A stretch of DNA of 62,453 nt, filler included, from Rhabdomonas costata (GCA_019059605.1; 28 parts of 28 records of this genome joined end to end with filler, not necessarily neighbours in it); one strand, 5' to 3'. Positions 38,823-52,191 are shown, counted from the whole stretch's first letter. The notes: generated from the sequence alone by a model not told the origin. Numbers and translations: made by a program.

Positions 38823-40094
38823 TTACCGTAGGACTTTGGAGTTCATGGTGGTGTCGTCGTGGGTGTTGTTGCTCTGTAGCCGCTGCCGAGTAAGCTTGGG
38901 TCGCAACCCCGCCTGAAACGCGCCAGAGCGAGCCGACTTCGAAGCGTGATGTCTTCTGGCGCCATGACCACGGATGCCTTCGCGGCAGTTTTCGATCTGG
39001 CCTTCTCGAAAAGACAGCAATCCAGTATCACGAAAAGTCTGCTGCTCCAAGACTGGTGTACAATGAGGAGATGGGCAAGGACGCAAAAGATGCTGGCAGC
39101 TTTCTGGCTCCATGCCTGGATAAGAACCGGTGCTCGGTGTCACCACCCGAAGAGAGCTTTTGGGGGTGCTTGTGTCCCCTGGGACCGCGCTGGAGGGAGC
39201 GTCGGTACTGTCGCCGACACTCTTCGGCGACCGAGGGCATGCTGGTGGGGTAATGGGGAGCAGGCTTGCCATAATGATGGCATCAGAACCCTCCGAAAAG
39301 TGGTCCTGAGGGCATGACTCCGACTTCCGTCGAGAGCCCGTCTGTAAACAGCTGGTGTCGATGACACCATCAAACCTTGTGCACGAGGCAGGAGAAGGCA
39401 GGGTCGACATGACAGAACCCTCGATGGCACTACAGGCCTGAGGAGGAGCGGAGTACACAGGGCGGAAGTTCTCCGCGTCAAGGGTTGTAGTGTCCCGCGT
39501 AGCCGCTGCTGGAGTCCAATGTAGACACAAAGGATTAGCTGCCGCGGTGGCCGAAGGACAAGATGAAGGGCCACAAAGAGTATGATTGGAAAGCACCCAA
39601 GGGGAGGTCCGAAACTGATTTGCAGAGCTAGGGTTGCCATCAGCACTATGATCTCGGACTGTATCAAGGCCAGGACAGGGCGCAGGAAGGTCCCCAATCG
39701 ACTCAACAGCAGTGGAGATATGTGGTGGAAAGGAAACAATACGGCGGAGATTCACAGCAGACAAAACATGCTCTCCAATGAGGTGAAGGCCGCACACAGA
39801 GCTCGGAGACACTTCCATCGAACGACCCAGCCCTGCCTCGTGGGAAACGACCACTCTCGAAGTGCGAGCATTCTCGCCCGACACAGTGAAAACGATCGAA
39901 AAAATCATCGCAATCAACGGAGTCGGTGCCAGGAAATCGCTCGGAAGAGATGCCGAACCAACAACCACACAGCCCACTGCAGATGCAAGCCGAAGTGGTC
40001 GTGAAAACACAACTGAGCTAAATAACAAGTGTAAGACGGAGGGAAGGCACGGGTAGGCTTGCAGGGCGAACAATCGGTGGCAAACGGCATACAC
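38823..40094 (-). CDS. Possible Ser/Pro-rich low-complexity protein exon
   Basis: Only a 423-codon open frame; no recognisable domain. Confidence 0.3.
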   Translation of the reverse strand: MYAVCHRLFALQAYPCLPSVLHLLFSSVVFSRPLRLASAVGCVVVGSASLPSDFLAPTPLIAMIFSIVFTVSGENARTSRVVVSHEAGLGRSMEVSPSSVCGLHLIGEHVLSAVNLRRIVSFPPHISTAVESIGDLPAPCPGLDTVRDHSADGNPSSANQFRTSPWVLSNHTLCGPSSCPSATAAANPLCLHWTPAAATRDTTTLDAENFRPVYSAPPQACSAIEGSVMSTLPSPASCTRFDGVIDTSCLQTGSRRKSESCPQDHFSEGSDAIIMASLLPITPPACPRSPKSVGDSTDAPSSAVPGDTSTPKSSLRVVTPSTGSYPGMEPESCQHLLRPCPSPHCTPVLEQQTFRDTGLLSFREGQIENCREGIRGHGARRHHASKSARSGAFQAGLRPKLTRQRLQSNNTHDDTTMNSKVLR

Positions 40095-40410
40095 AACGAG
40101 GCACAGCAGGTGTGCCAGGATCANNNNNNNNNNNNNNNNNNNNNNNNNNNNNNNNNNNNNNNNNNNNTTAATTAATTAANNNNNNNNNNNNNNNNNNNNN
40201 NNNNNNNNNNNNNNNNNNNNNNNGTGTTTGTTGTCGATACCAGCCTTCTCTCTCCCGTTAATGTTTTTGGTGCTCTTCCTTTTTCATTTTCGTCTTCACT
40301 TTTTCCCACCTTTTTCCTGTTTTCCTGTGAAGTTCTTCGTATTGTTTCTGTCCGTCGTTCGACTTTCGTAGCTCGTCTCTTTGGAAGGCCCCCGTTCCAC
40401 CCCACAACAG

Positions 40411-42299
40411 GTTAAGTGCCGAATAACGAACGACCGAAGCCTTGCGGACAAGGCCGATGGCTTTGTGTTCCATGGCATGGACACCAACCCACCCTTCCCC
40501 TCGACGTTACCCGGGCACAAGAAGCCCTGGCTGCTCGTCTCCCAGGTGGCCCCCTCCTCTGTATAGATGGGATACCCCTGAAAGGAAGGCAGTGGCTCAC
40601 GGGAGAATGATTTCACAACACTCATGGAATTTTTACGTAAGTTTTCAACGCAGATGCTTTTTCTTCTTTCGATCTTCTTTTGTTCCTCACCCAAAGGCGA
40701 CGGCGAAGTTCTGCCCCATCTGCCCCATCAGCGCCTGCCTTTCACCAAATGGCTTAAGTCGGTGACACGGCACTTTGTTTTCCATTCCCACTCCCGTTTC
40801 CACTCAAACATGTACAGCTCGTGTTGAATCGTCCGTGATCGTGGGAGCCAAATTTGTCGAGCGTTCTTTTGCTTTTGTCGTCGGTGTCGAACATTTTCCG
40901 TGAGTAGCCTGCCAATAAGTGGTCAAGGTCCTTGATACGGCTGACAAACTGGCGTTTCTGGGACGGGACCATCGGCAAAGGTTGCGGCGTATTGCGCATT
41001 GCCAGAAAAATGGTCAGGATGCCCGCTTCCTCCCAAACTTCTGTCGCTACCAAGGAGACGCCCCTGAGTGCGCGAGTCCTGGCCGACCCTGGGTTCATGA
41101 GCGATGTCAACGTTCTGAGTACCTACCGCCTTGACTCGGACATCCCCACCCCAGTGTTTTGGAAGCCCATCCCGACCTGGGAGCGAGTCCCCCCGTTTGG
41201 GTACCGCAAGGGCACTGTCTATGTCGCCCTGAGCAACTGCGAGCCCGTGCGGACGGAGTATATTTCGCTGCTGGCGAAGTACATGGGCCCCACTCACCTG
41301 CACTCCTTTGGGCCCTGTGTGCACACCCACAACGCTCCGGGCACGGGGCTCTCGCTGAAGGAGGAGAAGGTCTCTTCTGTGTACCGGAGGGCCTTGGGAC
41401 GCTTTTTTGGCTGGGAAGGGGGTGGGGTAATCATTGCATTGCTTCTTATGGGGGAGGTGTGTCTTTTACTGTGACCTGCATCGCTGAGGGCATGCACGTG
41501 TTTGAAGTCGATGCGCCGGTCCCCTGGGGCATTCCGAAGTTAGAAGATTATGCACTGTTGGTAGCAATGTATTACCATTGTCCCCCTTCCCATTTCCTCG
41601 AAGTTGCAGAGCATAGTGCCTGGGTTTTGCAGTCCGTCATGCACTGACTGCGGTTCTGAACAACAGGTTATTAACCTGACAAAGGGGGTAGGAGGCAGCA
41701 CTGCTTGAAGGGGCCCTGCTGGTGTAAGGGCACATCGACACAATGGCATGAAATTATTGCCCGGGCCACCCCAAAGGGGAGCGTTTTTGGAGAGTTTTTA
41801 GAGAGCTGTATTCTTAAGGAGGCGACAGTTCGAGGTTCCTTCGCCCCCTTTGGCAGAATATCGGTTTGGTTGTCCCTCTTGCTTATAACCTGACCCAACT
41901 GAACCAAGATCAAGAAGCCACGCATCGCATTCATTTTTCGCCGGAAGTACACGTCAGCATATTCCGTGAATTTGATTTCTTTTCAATTCGATGTCTGCTG
42001 AAATTCGATGTCTTCTCCATTGGAAAAAATCACAACCAAAGGTGGAGCAGGGCCGGGACTACAAGTTCATGCTGGTCTTCCAGAACTGCGACTGTGACTA
42101 TTTCGTGGACGACCAGCTGATGCACGCCTGGGCCTCCGGAGCGGTGCCGGTGTTCATGGGCACCAACCGGGTCCACGAGTTTCTCCCGGGGCCCCTGAAC
42201 CGGAGCGTGATCTTTGTCCGGGACTACCGCAGCGTGCGGGAGCTGGCCCGGGCATTGCTGCGGATTGCCGGCAGTGAGGCAGAGTGGCTGCGTTTTCAG
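40411..42299 (+). CDS. GT10 alpha-1,3-fucosyltransferase-like protein, partial; exons 40411-40545, 41055-41369, 42042-approx. 42299
   Basis: CRITNDRS...ADGFVFH, TYRLDSDIP, SNC...RTEYI...HSFGPC, YKFMLVFQN...GAVPVFMG...FLP...SVI...DY...ELA. Confidence 0.85.
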
Positions 42300-42486
42300 G
42301 AACTGTTGTGCGCGCACCCTCACCCCCCTCGTGTCTCCTCGACACGTGCCCTTGGGGNNNNNNNNNNNNNNNNNNNNNNNNNNNNNNNNNNNNNNNNNNN
42401 NTTAATTAATTAANNNNNNNNNNNNNNNNNNNNNNNNNNNNNNNNNNNNNNNNNNNNGGGTTTGTGTGCCTGTTACTCCTCAACAT

Positions 42487-42921
42487 ATGGAAGCCCTGCA
42501 TGGCCTCACCATTGCCGGCTCCTTTTTAATGTTTGCTGGCTACCACGGCGTGCTGTACTACTACGTCCACAAGGACCCCGAGCGGACCGTGTTCGGAGCC
42601 TCCCGGCGGGTTCGCCTGTTGTGGATCACCAAGATGCTCGGCCTGGAGAAGAACATCATCAACTCCATCCAAACCCTTCGCAACAGCATCATGGCCGCCT
42701 CTCTGGCGGCGAACTCCTCGCTGGTGCTGCTGGCCTTCCTCGGGGCCGTCCTGCTGGACTCACAGAAGATGACCTTGCTGGACCAGGTCGTGTATGACGT
42801 GGACCCGGTGTTCTCGGGGGTACCCTTGGTCCCCGTGACGGCGAAGCTGATGCTGCTAGTGCTAACCAACATCCTGGGCTTCCTCCTGGCGATGCAGTCC
42901 GTGCGCCTTCATATGCAAGCG
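42487..42921 (+). CDS. DUF599 family membrane protein, first exon
   Basis: GYH...P..TVFG...R..W....IQTLRNSIMAAS...AKL...F...MQSVR, the typical DUF599 pattern. Confidence 0.85.
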
Positions 42922-44317
42922 GTGCCTGATTGAGTGATATTTTCGCTTAATTTTCTTACTTAGTCTTATTTTTCTCTTGCTATCTCTACCTCAGTCTTCG
43001 AATTCATGTTGGTTCCCATCGTGTGTCGCCTTTCCCGTAGTTTCTGTCCCTCCCTCCGCGTTTCCCGCCGTCCTTTTCTTATCCCTTGTAACCTGTGCCT
43101 TAAGATTCCCACAACACTCACGTGTCTTGTTTAGTCGTGAAGATGGAACACTAGAATTGAACTGACGAACTGAATTCGGCTTTTTGTGTGTACGTCACTT
43201 GTACGTTGGTTCTGATGCACAGAAAAGGGCGGGTCTGTACATGTCTATGCTCATTTGCATGTGTCCCAACACATATGGAAGGGTGGACCCCGAAACCTGG
43301 CTGGAAACTCCCTGGGAGCCATTTTCAGATCTGATATCCTACTGGTGGACATTTTAATGACGCGCATGCACGTTCTGGGAGAGGACTTGCCTGTCTGTCC
43401 CCTCCTCCATGCTGCATGGCACCTTTTCAGGGGTTCTTTGTGGGGATCACCAATGATGACCGCCGCCAATGGGCTGCGAGTGCACCCAGCAGCCCAGCAG
43501 CAGCTCGAGTTAAACATTCAGCCGTTTTGCAATAGCTTCCGTGGTGCGCAAGCTTCAGCTGCTTTTCGAGACCGAGGCGAAGCGGATGGGAGTGCAGTTG
43601 GCGTTCGACGCCGACCGCGCGGAGCCGTCGCAGGTTGTGGGGACTTCGCTCGTCTCAGCCAAGTGATCATTGCGCCGCTGTGCAACGCGCTTCTTGCGGT
43701 GCGCAGAACGGACTCGATTTCCGCACGCAAGAATCACGGACTGGAAGAACAAAATTTGCCTGGTTTTTGACGTTTCTTTTTCGCGAATCGTACGGTTAGA
43801 CGCATCTCGCTCAGCTACGGAAAACCTCCACGGCCATTTCTTCATTCCATTTTTTAAACAAAGTCACAGCACTGCGCCGGAAAGTTCTTGCAGTCGCAGG
43901 GTCCGCACCAAACAGATAGATTTTACAAGGAGAAACGCAAGGGGGATGGAAAAGGGCAAGGAAGGGAATGAGGAGGATGCGCAGGAAGGCATGTGGGTGT
44001 GTGGGGAGGTGGGATGGTGTTTTCAATTCTTATTCTCAATTCATTGCATGTCCATGTTCGCAAGCGTTCCTCTTTGCCGTTGTTTGCCATTATGTTGTGT
44101 CGTTCCCCCTCTGCCCTCCGCTCTCTTCATCATTATTTCTGTACCTTTCGCAGCTGTTTCATAACGACGGCTTTGTATTTTCGGTTTTCGTTACCACATA
44201 TGCTTATCAGGCTTCTGCACACTTTGTCACTGGGCGCTCACTGACACGCATTCGTCTCATGCTTTGCTTGGAGTTTCTTCTCGGTTAATGTGTTTTTTGT
44301 TTCAACATCAAACGTCT

Positions 44318-44350
44318 CGTTTGCGTTTGCGTTTGCGTTTGCGTTTGCGT
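44318..44350. repeat. (GTTTGC)n microsatellite
   Basis: Read directly from the sequence. Confidence 0.9.
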
Positions 44351-46920
44351 ACTTTGGCACGGATTCTCCCCTGAGGTGTAGAAAATGTATAAAAAAAATT
44401 GCGCCACCTTTCATTTTAGACTGACTTAGGTACGGTGGTTGGGACGACGTGGTTCAAAAAATTCAATCTTAAATTGGGTTAATGCTAATATAGGTTTCGG
44501 GGGATCAAAGGCTCAGCTTAGCAACAGGCAATGCTTTTTCACGTGTTTAACATGTGACCCAACCCAACACAACCCAACCCAACCCCCACAANNNNNNNNN
44601 NNNNNNNNNNNNNNNNNNNNNNNNNNNNNNNNNNNTTAATTAATTAANNNNNNNNNNNNNNNNNNNNNNNNNNNNNNNNNNNNNNNNNNNNTCACACCCC
44701 TTGTTTTCCTTTCAAAGATCTTTTATTATTTTATTATGAACTAATTAGCTCGCAGAATCGCTGACTGTTGTCTGATTTACTCGCTTTGTGTGACAGTCAG
44801 GACGCTGTTTATGGGTTTCTTCTGGATAAGGGCATTCTGCCTGCTCCACCCACGTCCTGCTTAAAGTGTGGTCATTCTCTGAAGCAGAGCCGCAAAACTT
44901 GGATACCAGTGTTGCGCTGCACATGGAATAAGTGAAAGACGCGGTTTTATTTGAGTTTTTGTTCATTCATAGAAGATTACATAATCAGGCCGCGAGACTT
45001 GTTACTGATTGTCTACTTCCTGGAGACACAAAATTCTTTTCTACGCAATACAGTCTATGACTGGCCTAGCTCCTGATGCTGTGGCAAAGGTAGTGACGCA
45101 GGTGCAGACTGTGATTATGTGTGAGTGCAATGTCAATCCTCCTGTGCTTTGGTGTCATGGATCCGTAGCGGAAATCGAAGAGACAGATGCTGAAGACGCA
45201 AAAGATGTTATATTGCCACGACTATGGAGCTGTGCACCCATTTCAAGGATTCCTTTGCTGTATTTTTACATGGTTAGTGAACAATACACAGCTTTCCGGG
45301 ATTACTTCACTGTATTTTAACATTGCAAGGAAACGATGAACACACGGTGAATTCACTTGCAGCCTCTATGATATTTTTGTCGTTCATTTTGTCACAGAAA
45401 TTGTGAATTTGTGTCTAAATCTGACTCATTTGTACACATCTCCTCAGGGCCCATTTTTTGAAATAATTCTCTCTTTCCGATGACGATCTCTGTCTGACTT
45501 TGAGACCGACTGATTGTTTTTGTTATTTTAGAAATCAGAAAACAGTGGTGCTGGAAAATGGTCATTTCAAAAAAAGATGAATAAGCTGTGCTATTGCAGC
45601 ACTGCCTTTGAAATGTGAAAGTGATGATCTGGTGAAAATGATGCCTTGTGTGTTGAAAGCCTCCGCTTTTTTGAACTTGGACCAAAACCCCAGTAGTTTT
45701 CTCAACAATGTTGAGATATCGTTTTTGTGTTCAAAAATGGCATACGTTATTTGCATCCTATAAAAAGAATAAAAATTTCGAATATAATATCGATTTCCTG
45801 AGTTTATTACCAAATGGAGAATACTTTTTTGTTTGGCGGCACACACTGTGATGGTCGCCAAATGTTTAATTTGGTGCTGTAGTTCGATGTCGTGGTGGTA
45901 AAGTGGTTGAAAGGACATACGTCTGCCAAACGCCTGGCAAACTATATTTTATAAATCTTAACCTCTTAGTTGGTACTAAGTAATCTGAAATTAACATGTC
46001 ATGCTGCGTGTGGACACGAATTTTCATGGATGATTGCTGTGGAGTTTTGGCCGACTGGAGCTCGCATAATAACGCAATAATTGTGACTTCACACCACCCA
46101 AGCGTGCGGTGCACTTTGCTTGTGTCTTTTTGTAATTTCCGCCATTTGGCACGTATCATTTAGCTAAGTATAATTGCATATTACTAGAATGAGAATGAGA
46201 GCGTTGTTTGAGTTATCTGTTTGATAGTTGGAAGTCTCCGTTACGTTGCATTGTATCAAGGGTCGGCCGCATTGCGCTTACTGCTGACATGGCTTTGTCT
46301 GTTGTGCTGTTTTAATAAAGTATAATTCTACGTCCAGATGAATGTCTATATAAGCCGTTATTTGGTAGTAGTTTCTGAGAATATGCCGTTAAATTCTATT
46401 TATCTCCTACCCTTACTTGTGTAGATGAGATCTTTGCTATAGACTGCTTCAAACTACGAATTATCTAACTCTTTCCACAATAGCCTTATCGAAAAACGCC
46501 ACTAAGATACATGTTTGCATTTAACTGCCCAATTAACTGCGACAGAAAGCGAAAAAGCACTGATAAAATTTCAATGGAATGTTTCATCTCAAATATGCCG
46601 TGGCTGAATGAAATTGGGATGCAAGAGATGTATGGACAGAAGCCTTTTTCAAGCCTGGATGCGACGCCATTCTTTTTTTACCTCTTGCCGTTCCCATAAA
46701 ACCAAGATGTTTCATGCCTCTGTGCGCCTGTTTATTTCGTCTGCCCGCGCGGCTCTCCTAGAAGACCCCTCTCTTAGATTCGACCCTTTTGGGCTTCTGT
46801 GCCACCGCTGCGGCGTAAAGNNNNNNNNNNNNNNNNNNNNNNNNNNNNNNNNNNNNNNNNNNNNTTAATTAATTAANNNNNNNNNNNNNNNNNNNNNNNN
46901 NNNNNNNNNNNNNNNNNNNN

Positions 46921-48336
46921 GTGTTGGGTGTGGTTGGGTTTTGGGGTGATGTGCGGGTGCGGGGCGGCGGGGTACTCGACGTGGTGGAGGCTAGGGCTGC
47001 CCTTGGGGTGGCTCACGGCGGACCGCACTCAGGGCGTGGTGTTTGCGGAGGCTGGGGTGGCCTTGGGCAACGCCAGCGCTCTGGCCCTGAGCTTGGGGAC
47101 CCCTGGGATATATCAGGTGTGGTGTGTGGTTGCTTTTTGTGAATGAAGGAGTGCGAGATAACATTGCCCCCAACCCTATTTGTTGCTGTTTGAGCCAAAG
47201 TGAAATTTAAGAAGGTCTTGGTAATTGATTGTCTGAACGGTATTGCACGGTCTGGATCCGGCCTGGGGCAGGGTCAGCGATGCCTGCCGAAGACGCGCTA
47301 AGGCAGCCGCCTCCTTTCAAGACAATACAGGGTCTACAGCCTTTATCTTCGCTAACCACTGCATCCAAAACAGCGGTTGCACTGAAAAATATCCCTGGTG
47401 GCTTCTTCTTATCGAGGACTCAGATGACTGAAAACGGTGGGGGGATTGAACGGGTGGGCCCTGATCAGTCTCGTGAGAATTTCTTTCTGTGCCAATGATT
47501 TTGCTTTCCTCAAATTGTAGATTTGTGCGGCGACCCTTGCGGAGGGGTGGAGCGCCTCTGCGGCGGAGCGGCTGGGGGAGTCTGCGGTGGGCTGTGTGGC
47601 GCTGGGCGTGCTGAATGTGCTGCCGTGGGGCCCGACCAACCTCAGCGTAACCGTCGCTCCTGTCGCGCTGCCCCCGCCGTGGCTGCTGCCGCGGCTGTGG
47701 GGCTCCACAGTGGCCAACGTGAGGGCACCGGTGGTGGTGTCAGGGCTCTTGCTGAGCCCCAGCATCGAACAGGTGCGACTACAGCATGCCGATGAATGCA
47801 TGGGTGGTCTATTGTGGACGTGTGGGAGGCCTTCCCCTTGGGGTGCCAGAAGTGATGTCGAGGAATGGCGTGATCGGTGGAGGGCTCAGTAACGGCACCA
47901 TTCTTTTCACAACATTTGCGCTGTCGGTGCATGCTCTCGGCCCTAGCACCCGCACGCGGCACAGTCTTGTGCATGTGTGCTGCTCGAAAAGTCGAAAAGG
48001 AGGGAAAGGTGGTGCGGCATCTTTTTCATGGGTTGCCCTCTTCCTCACTCACGCAGATCAGTGTGCAGCTGCGGAACACGTGCTGGGTGGGCGCCCCTGG
48101 GGTCCCGCTGTCCACAGTGACGGAAGGGCCCTACCTCCCGCTCTCCCCCAACTCCACCGCCGTGGTGGGCTCCGTGGTGCTCAGCGCCGTGGCGAACTTC
48201 AGCCTGTGCTACCACCTCACCGTGCACTGGGCGGGGCTCAGCGTGGCTATGGTGTCGCGGCTCGGCGTGCTCGCGGCCACGGCGCTGCCCCGGCCCACCA
48301 TCACCGCGGTGCTCGGAGGAGGCTGCACAACCACAG
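46921..48336 (+). CDS. Three exons (to 47116, 47521-47772, 48057-48336) of a probable large beta-rich extracellular repeat protein
   Basis: GC-rich, AG/GT-bounded exons with consistent phase; recurring G-x-Y/F-x-x-C motif (GIYQ|IC, NFSLCY). No family recognised. Confidence 0.5.
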
Positions 48337-48343
48337 GTGTGTA

Positions 48344-48413
48344 TGTATGTGTGTGTCTCATGCTCTCTTGCTCTCTCATGTATGTGTGTGTCTCATGCTC
48401 TCTTGCTCTCTCA
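48344..48413. repeat. Perfect 35-bp tandem duplication in an intron
   Basis: TGTATGTGTGTGTCTCATGCTCTCTTGCTCTCTCA twice. Confidence 0.9.
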
Positions 48414-49519
48414 CTCTGACACTTATATATGTTTTAGTCAGGACGGACAGAAACCGCGCCTGCATTCCTTGCAGGTTGTGCACCTGAAGACGTTTGTCCT
48501 TTTTTGTTGTGTGATTTTCCGTGGTCTTTTTCCCGCGGAAAGGACTAGAACAAAGTGTGTGTGTGTCTGTCTGTCTGTCTGTCTGTGTGGATGGGTAGGT
48601 TTTTAGTGTTTGAGAATAACCTCAGAGCTTCACACCTCCCTGAAGATGGTGGTGTCTGTGATGGTTTGGGCATTTCGGTCACAAGGAAGGGTTGCATTGG
48701 TGTAAGTGACTGCAGGGGGAACTATCTCAAAGCAGGGCGAGGCAGCTTTGCGGTCTTTCAAAGTCCAGCGCTTGTTCCATCGTTGACCTTCTACTTGCTT
48801 GCCGGTCACGCACTGGACCGGTGGTCTTCGAAACATCCTTGACCCCAGATTGGTCTCCCTATTCGCCGCTGCGCGATCCACGCCCGTTCCATCCAATAGC
48901 AGAGATTTCTCATCCAAGGTCGGCCTTCTGTCCCATTTGCATCGCAGTGCTGTTGCTCTTCCTACTTCTTGTGCCCACAGCGGTGTAGTGTGTGGGTCTC
49001 CGCCTGCTGCTCTCTGTTTCTAATCTGCAGGCCGCTCCGTGACCCCCAACCCCANNNNNNNNNNNNNNNNNNNNNNNNNNNNNNNNNNNNNNNNNNNNTT
49101 AATTAATTAANNNNNNNNNNNNNNNNNNNNNNNNNNNNNNNNNNNNNNNNNNNNTTTTTTCGCTACATTCCCCAAAAAACATTGCTTCAGCTCTATGGAA
49201 TTCGAGGGAAAATGAAGTGGAACGGTATGGTGGAGGGAAAGCCGAAGCGGGCTTGGGGTCTTTTGTATACACAACAGGCCTCCCGAAACGCGCGAGGCTG
49301 GTCCTTTGGGGTCAGAATTTTCTGACCTTTCACCCTCGGCCGGTTGTGGAACGATACAGAAGGCCCTGGTGCAGATCAAAACCTGTGAGGTTAGTCAGCA
49401 TGCATTACATACAATGGGCAAACAATCTGAGGACGACCAAATCGTTTTGCAAAAACAAAAAAGAGAGGCACGGCGCAGGCGGCGAAAACCACTGGCTGGT
49501 TGGTGGGCGGATAGCTGAA

Positions 49520-51204
49520 CCACCCCACGATCGCGCTGAGCCCCACAGCTTCGGGTTTCCCACAGTGGGCAGCGGCGGTGAGGGTGAGCATGGCGGAATC
49601 CTCCTTGGCAGCAATCTGCGAGGAACTGGGAGCTCTGAAGGACATGGGGAGGTGTTGGACTGAAGCTAGCCGAAGCGAGCTGGTGTGCAGGTGTTCCCTG
49701 AGATGCTCCGTGGCGAGCTCCTCGAGAATGTCTGCAAGCTGCTCCCCCTTTTCAAAGTCAAAAAGCACGTGTGCGGGAAAACCGGAACGGCGAACTCAAA
49801 TAGATATATAATGGATCACGTCAGAAGAAAAAGAATGAATACATCGCAGATCAACAACCGAAGGGTGAGTTGCGAACCTGAAGGTGAACCTTGGGAACTT
49901 GACACATGGATGCGAAGAAGTACATAAAGATAAAAAACATTTCAGCAGCAACCGCGGCTCTTTTAGGGCTTAAGTCAAAGAGCAGCAACCGCCTCGATGC
50001 ATCTTATTGCTGGCAATGAAGCCAATGTGCGAGGGCGTGTTATACCTTTCCAAGCCTCTCGTGAATCCTGGGCACGAGCAGGTACAGGGGAACCTCCGCC
50101 AACAGCACCATCACCTCCGTGGGCCAAGGGCGGGGAAGCTGGTCCAGGAAGGACTTCGCGTACGGCGACAGCAGGCCTGCAGCGGCGGCGCGGCGTTCTT
50201 TCAAACGCCGAAACGCACTCTGCAACTCGGAAAGAGTGAGGGTCAGGTCCACTCCTGTGACACCGACCGCCCATCTCATAGTCAATCAAAGGCAGCACTC
50301 AGTCGTGCGGTGGTGCATCACAAGTGTCCTGGGCCAGTGTTTGCGCCAGGAATTGCTGATGCATCACCTGAAGCGTCTGGGAAACCTGAAGCTGAAGCAA
50401 CCCTGTTCCCTACGCACCGCTATTTCTCGACAGTTTGCACTTCGAGGTGATCGCAGCGTGGTAATCCACACTGCTTACAGCCACCAGGTCACCAAAAGAA
50501 TGTCAATGGGCGGCTCCGGCGCAGTGACAACCGGAGCAGGCGCACCCACGTTTTTCACCTCCAAAGACAGCCCGCAAATTTATTCTTACCAAAGCATGAA
50601 GAATATTGATATCAATATTTATATCGATTACTTCAAAATTTAGAAACAAATTTTCTTGAAAAATCCATTATTTCAAAATCGAAAGGATTCGGATTCTTCA
50701 AAAAAATCCCGAATCCCTGGGGGGGGGGGAAGCCTGCCTACACCAAAATCCGGACCCTTGAGGGGGAGGGGAGCACATAGAGCCTAAATCGGAGAAATCC
50801 CGACTCTCCAGGACGCGAACATGCGCATCTGGGACGCATCTACCAAGAAGCAGTCACGTACTTGGGCACGCATACGCAGACGATGCGCACACGCACTGGG
50901 ACATCGCCCGGTCTTAGGTGACGCGCTGGGACGGGCCTGCTCAGCAAGTCACTCTGGTCATAAAAGCATCCCATTTGAGTGCAACACGAAAACTGTTCAA
51001 ACGGTTCCAAAAAAAATCACTCAAGCACAAGCTCAAGGTCACACTCACATCACTAGCCGAGAGCAAGTTATACCTCGGCTGAAGTCCAGGTTTAACTTGG
51101 CCATTCCGGAAGCTGAGAGGGACTGCAACACCTGTTCCTCCTCAGATGTCAGGGGACGGCCCACGGCATTGGTAAGCATGGCGCACACTTCCATTGGGAG
51201 CACG
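49520..51204 (-). CDS. Three probable exons of an unidentified protein (approx. 51075-51204, 50046-50254, 49520-49747)
   Basis: AG/GT-bounded open segments with compatible phases; no family recognised. Confidence 0.4.
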
Positions 51205-51673
51205 TCTCGACAAAGTGTTTGCATACCAACGCGTGGTTGTATCCGACACAAAAGGAAAGCAAAGAAAGCAAGGAACCAAAAAACNNNNNNNNNNNNNNNN
51301 NNNNNNNNNNNNNNNNNNNNNNNNNNNNTTAATTAATTAANNNNNNNNNNNNNNNNNNNNNNNNNNNNNNNNNNNNNNNNNNNNTTGTTGGTGGAACACT
51401 GAACATGGAGATCAATGCAACGGGAAGACGAGGGCGCGTTATAGCTCAAGACTATCGGGAATCGGCCACGCACCCCAGCTGCTGCCCCCCCGCCTTTGCC
51501 AGTCCTGCCGAGACCCGGCACCACAGATGGCGTACAACGAAGGTCCTGAGCCGGAGTGGCAGGCGTTCATATAATAATGGCGCTGTCGCAACGACCCAAA
51601 GCGAGCTGGTGTCAAAATAAATAAGAAGTCTGGGATGAAAATCTGGCTTTGTTGCTTTTTGACTTGTTTGCAG

Positions 51674-51823
51674 GTCAGTTTACTCCAGCTGAGCGTGCCA
51701 TTAAGCACGAGTTTGACACCAGAACCGAGAAATGGGCCCGGCGAGAGATCCAGGTCATTCTGGCGATGGCACCTTTTCAAGAAGGAACAAACAGAACGGC
51801 GTATCACATACAGTTTTCACGGG
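51674..51823 (+). CDS. Alpha-kinase (eEF2K/MHCK family), N-terminal exon of the kinase domain
   Basis: AERAIKHEFDTRTEKWARREIQVILAMAPFQEGTNRTAYH matches the ExAxxxxYxxxxxxW...PFxxGxxRxAY start of alpha-kinase domains; TTGCAG acceptor and GTAAGC donor. Confidence 0.75.
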
Positions 51824-51972
51824 GTAAGCTGACCTTGTGTGTGAGCCTTTTGCCAACCCACTAGTTTTGGTTGCGTTTCTTCTTGTAAAAGTTTTTGGTG
51901 CTGACCCGTCGTCTCTGCGGCGGCTGATGTAAACCTCGTGCTTCTTGCCCTTCAAACCCTTGGTATGCTGGT

Positions 51973-52032
51973 TTTGGTTTGGTTTGGTTTGGTTTGGTTT
52001 GGTTTGGTTTGGTTTGGTTTGGTTTGGTTTGG
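51973..52032. repeat. (TTTGG)12 tandem repeat
   Basis: Read directly; G/T-only. Confidence 0.9.
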
Positions 52033-52191
52033 AATTTTTGGTGGTTTTTTTTGGTGGTTTGTTCATGAAGAGATCTTTGTCAGAAACTTGGTTTTGTTTG
52101 ATTTCACTCATGTTTTTTCTGTGCTGTGTTGTCATGCGAGTGTGATTGCTGCTTTTTTTTTCTGATTATATTCTTCCAGCTTTTTGTTCGA

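Noticed and set aside
46921..46946. G/T-only 5' ends and C/A-only 3' ends on many contigs (GTGTTGGGTGTGGTTGGG; 53505-53524 is the near reverse complement), which could look like telomeres
   Set aside because: They are non-periodic, present on unrelated internal gene fragments, and resemble the G/T-only primers of GenomePlex-type whole-genome amplification.
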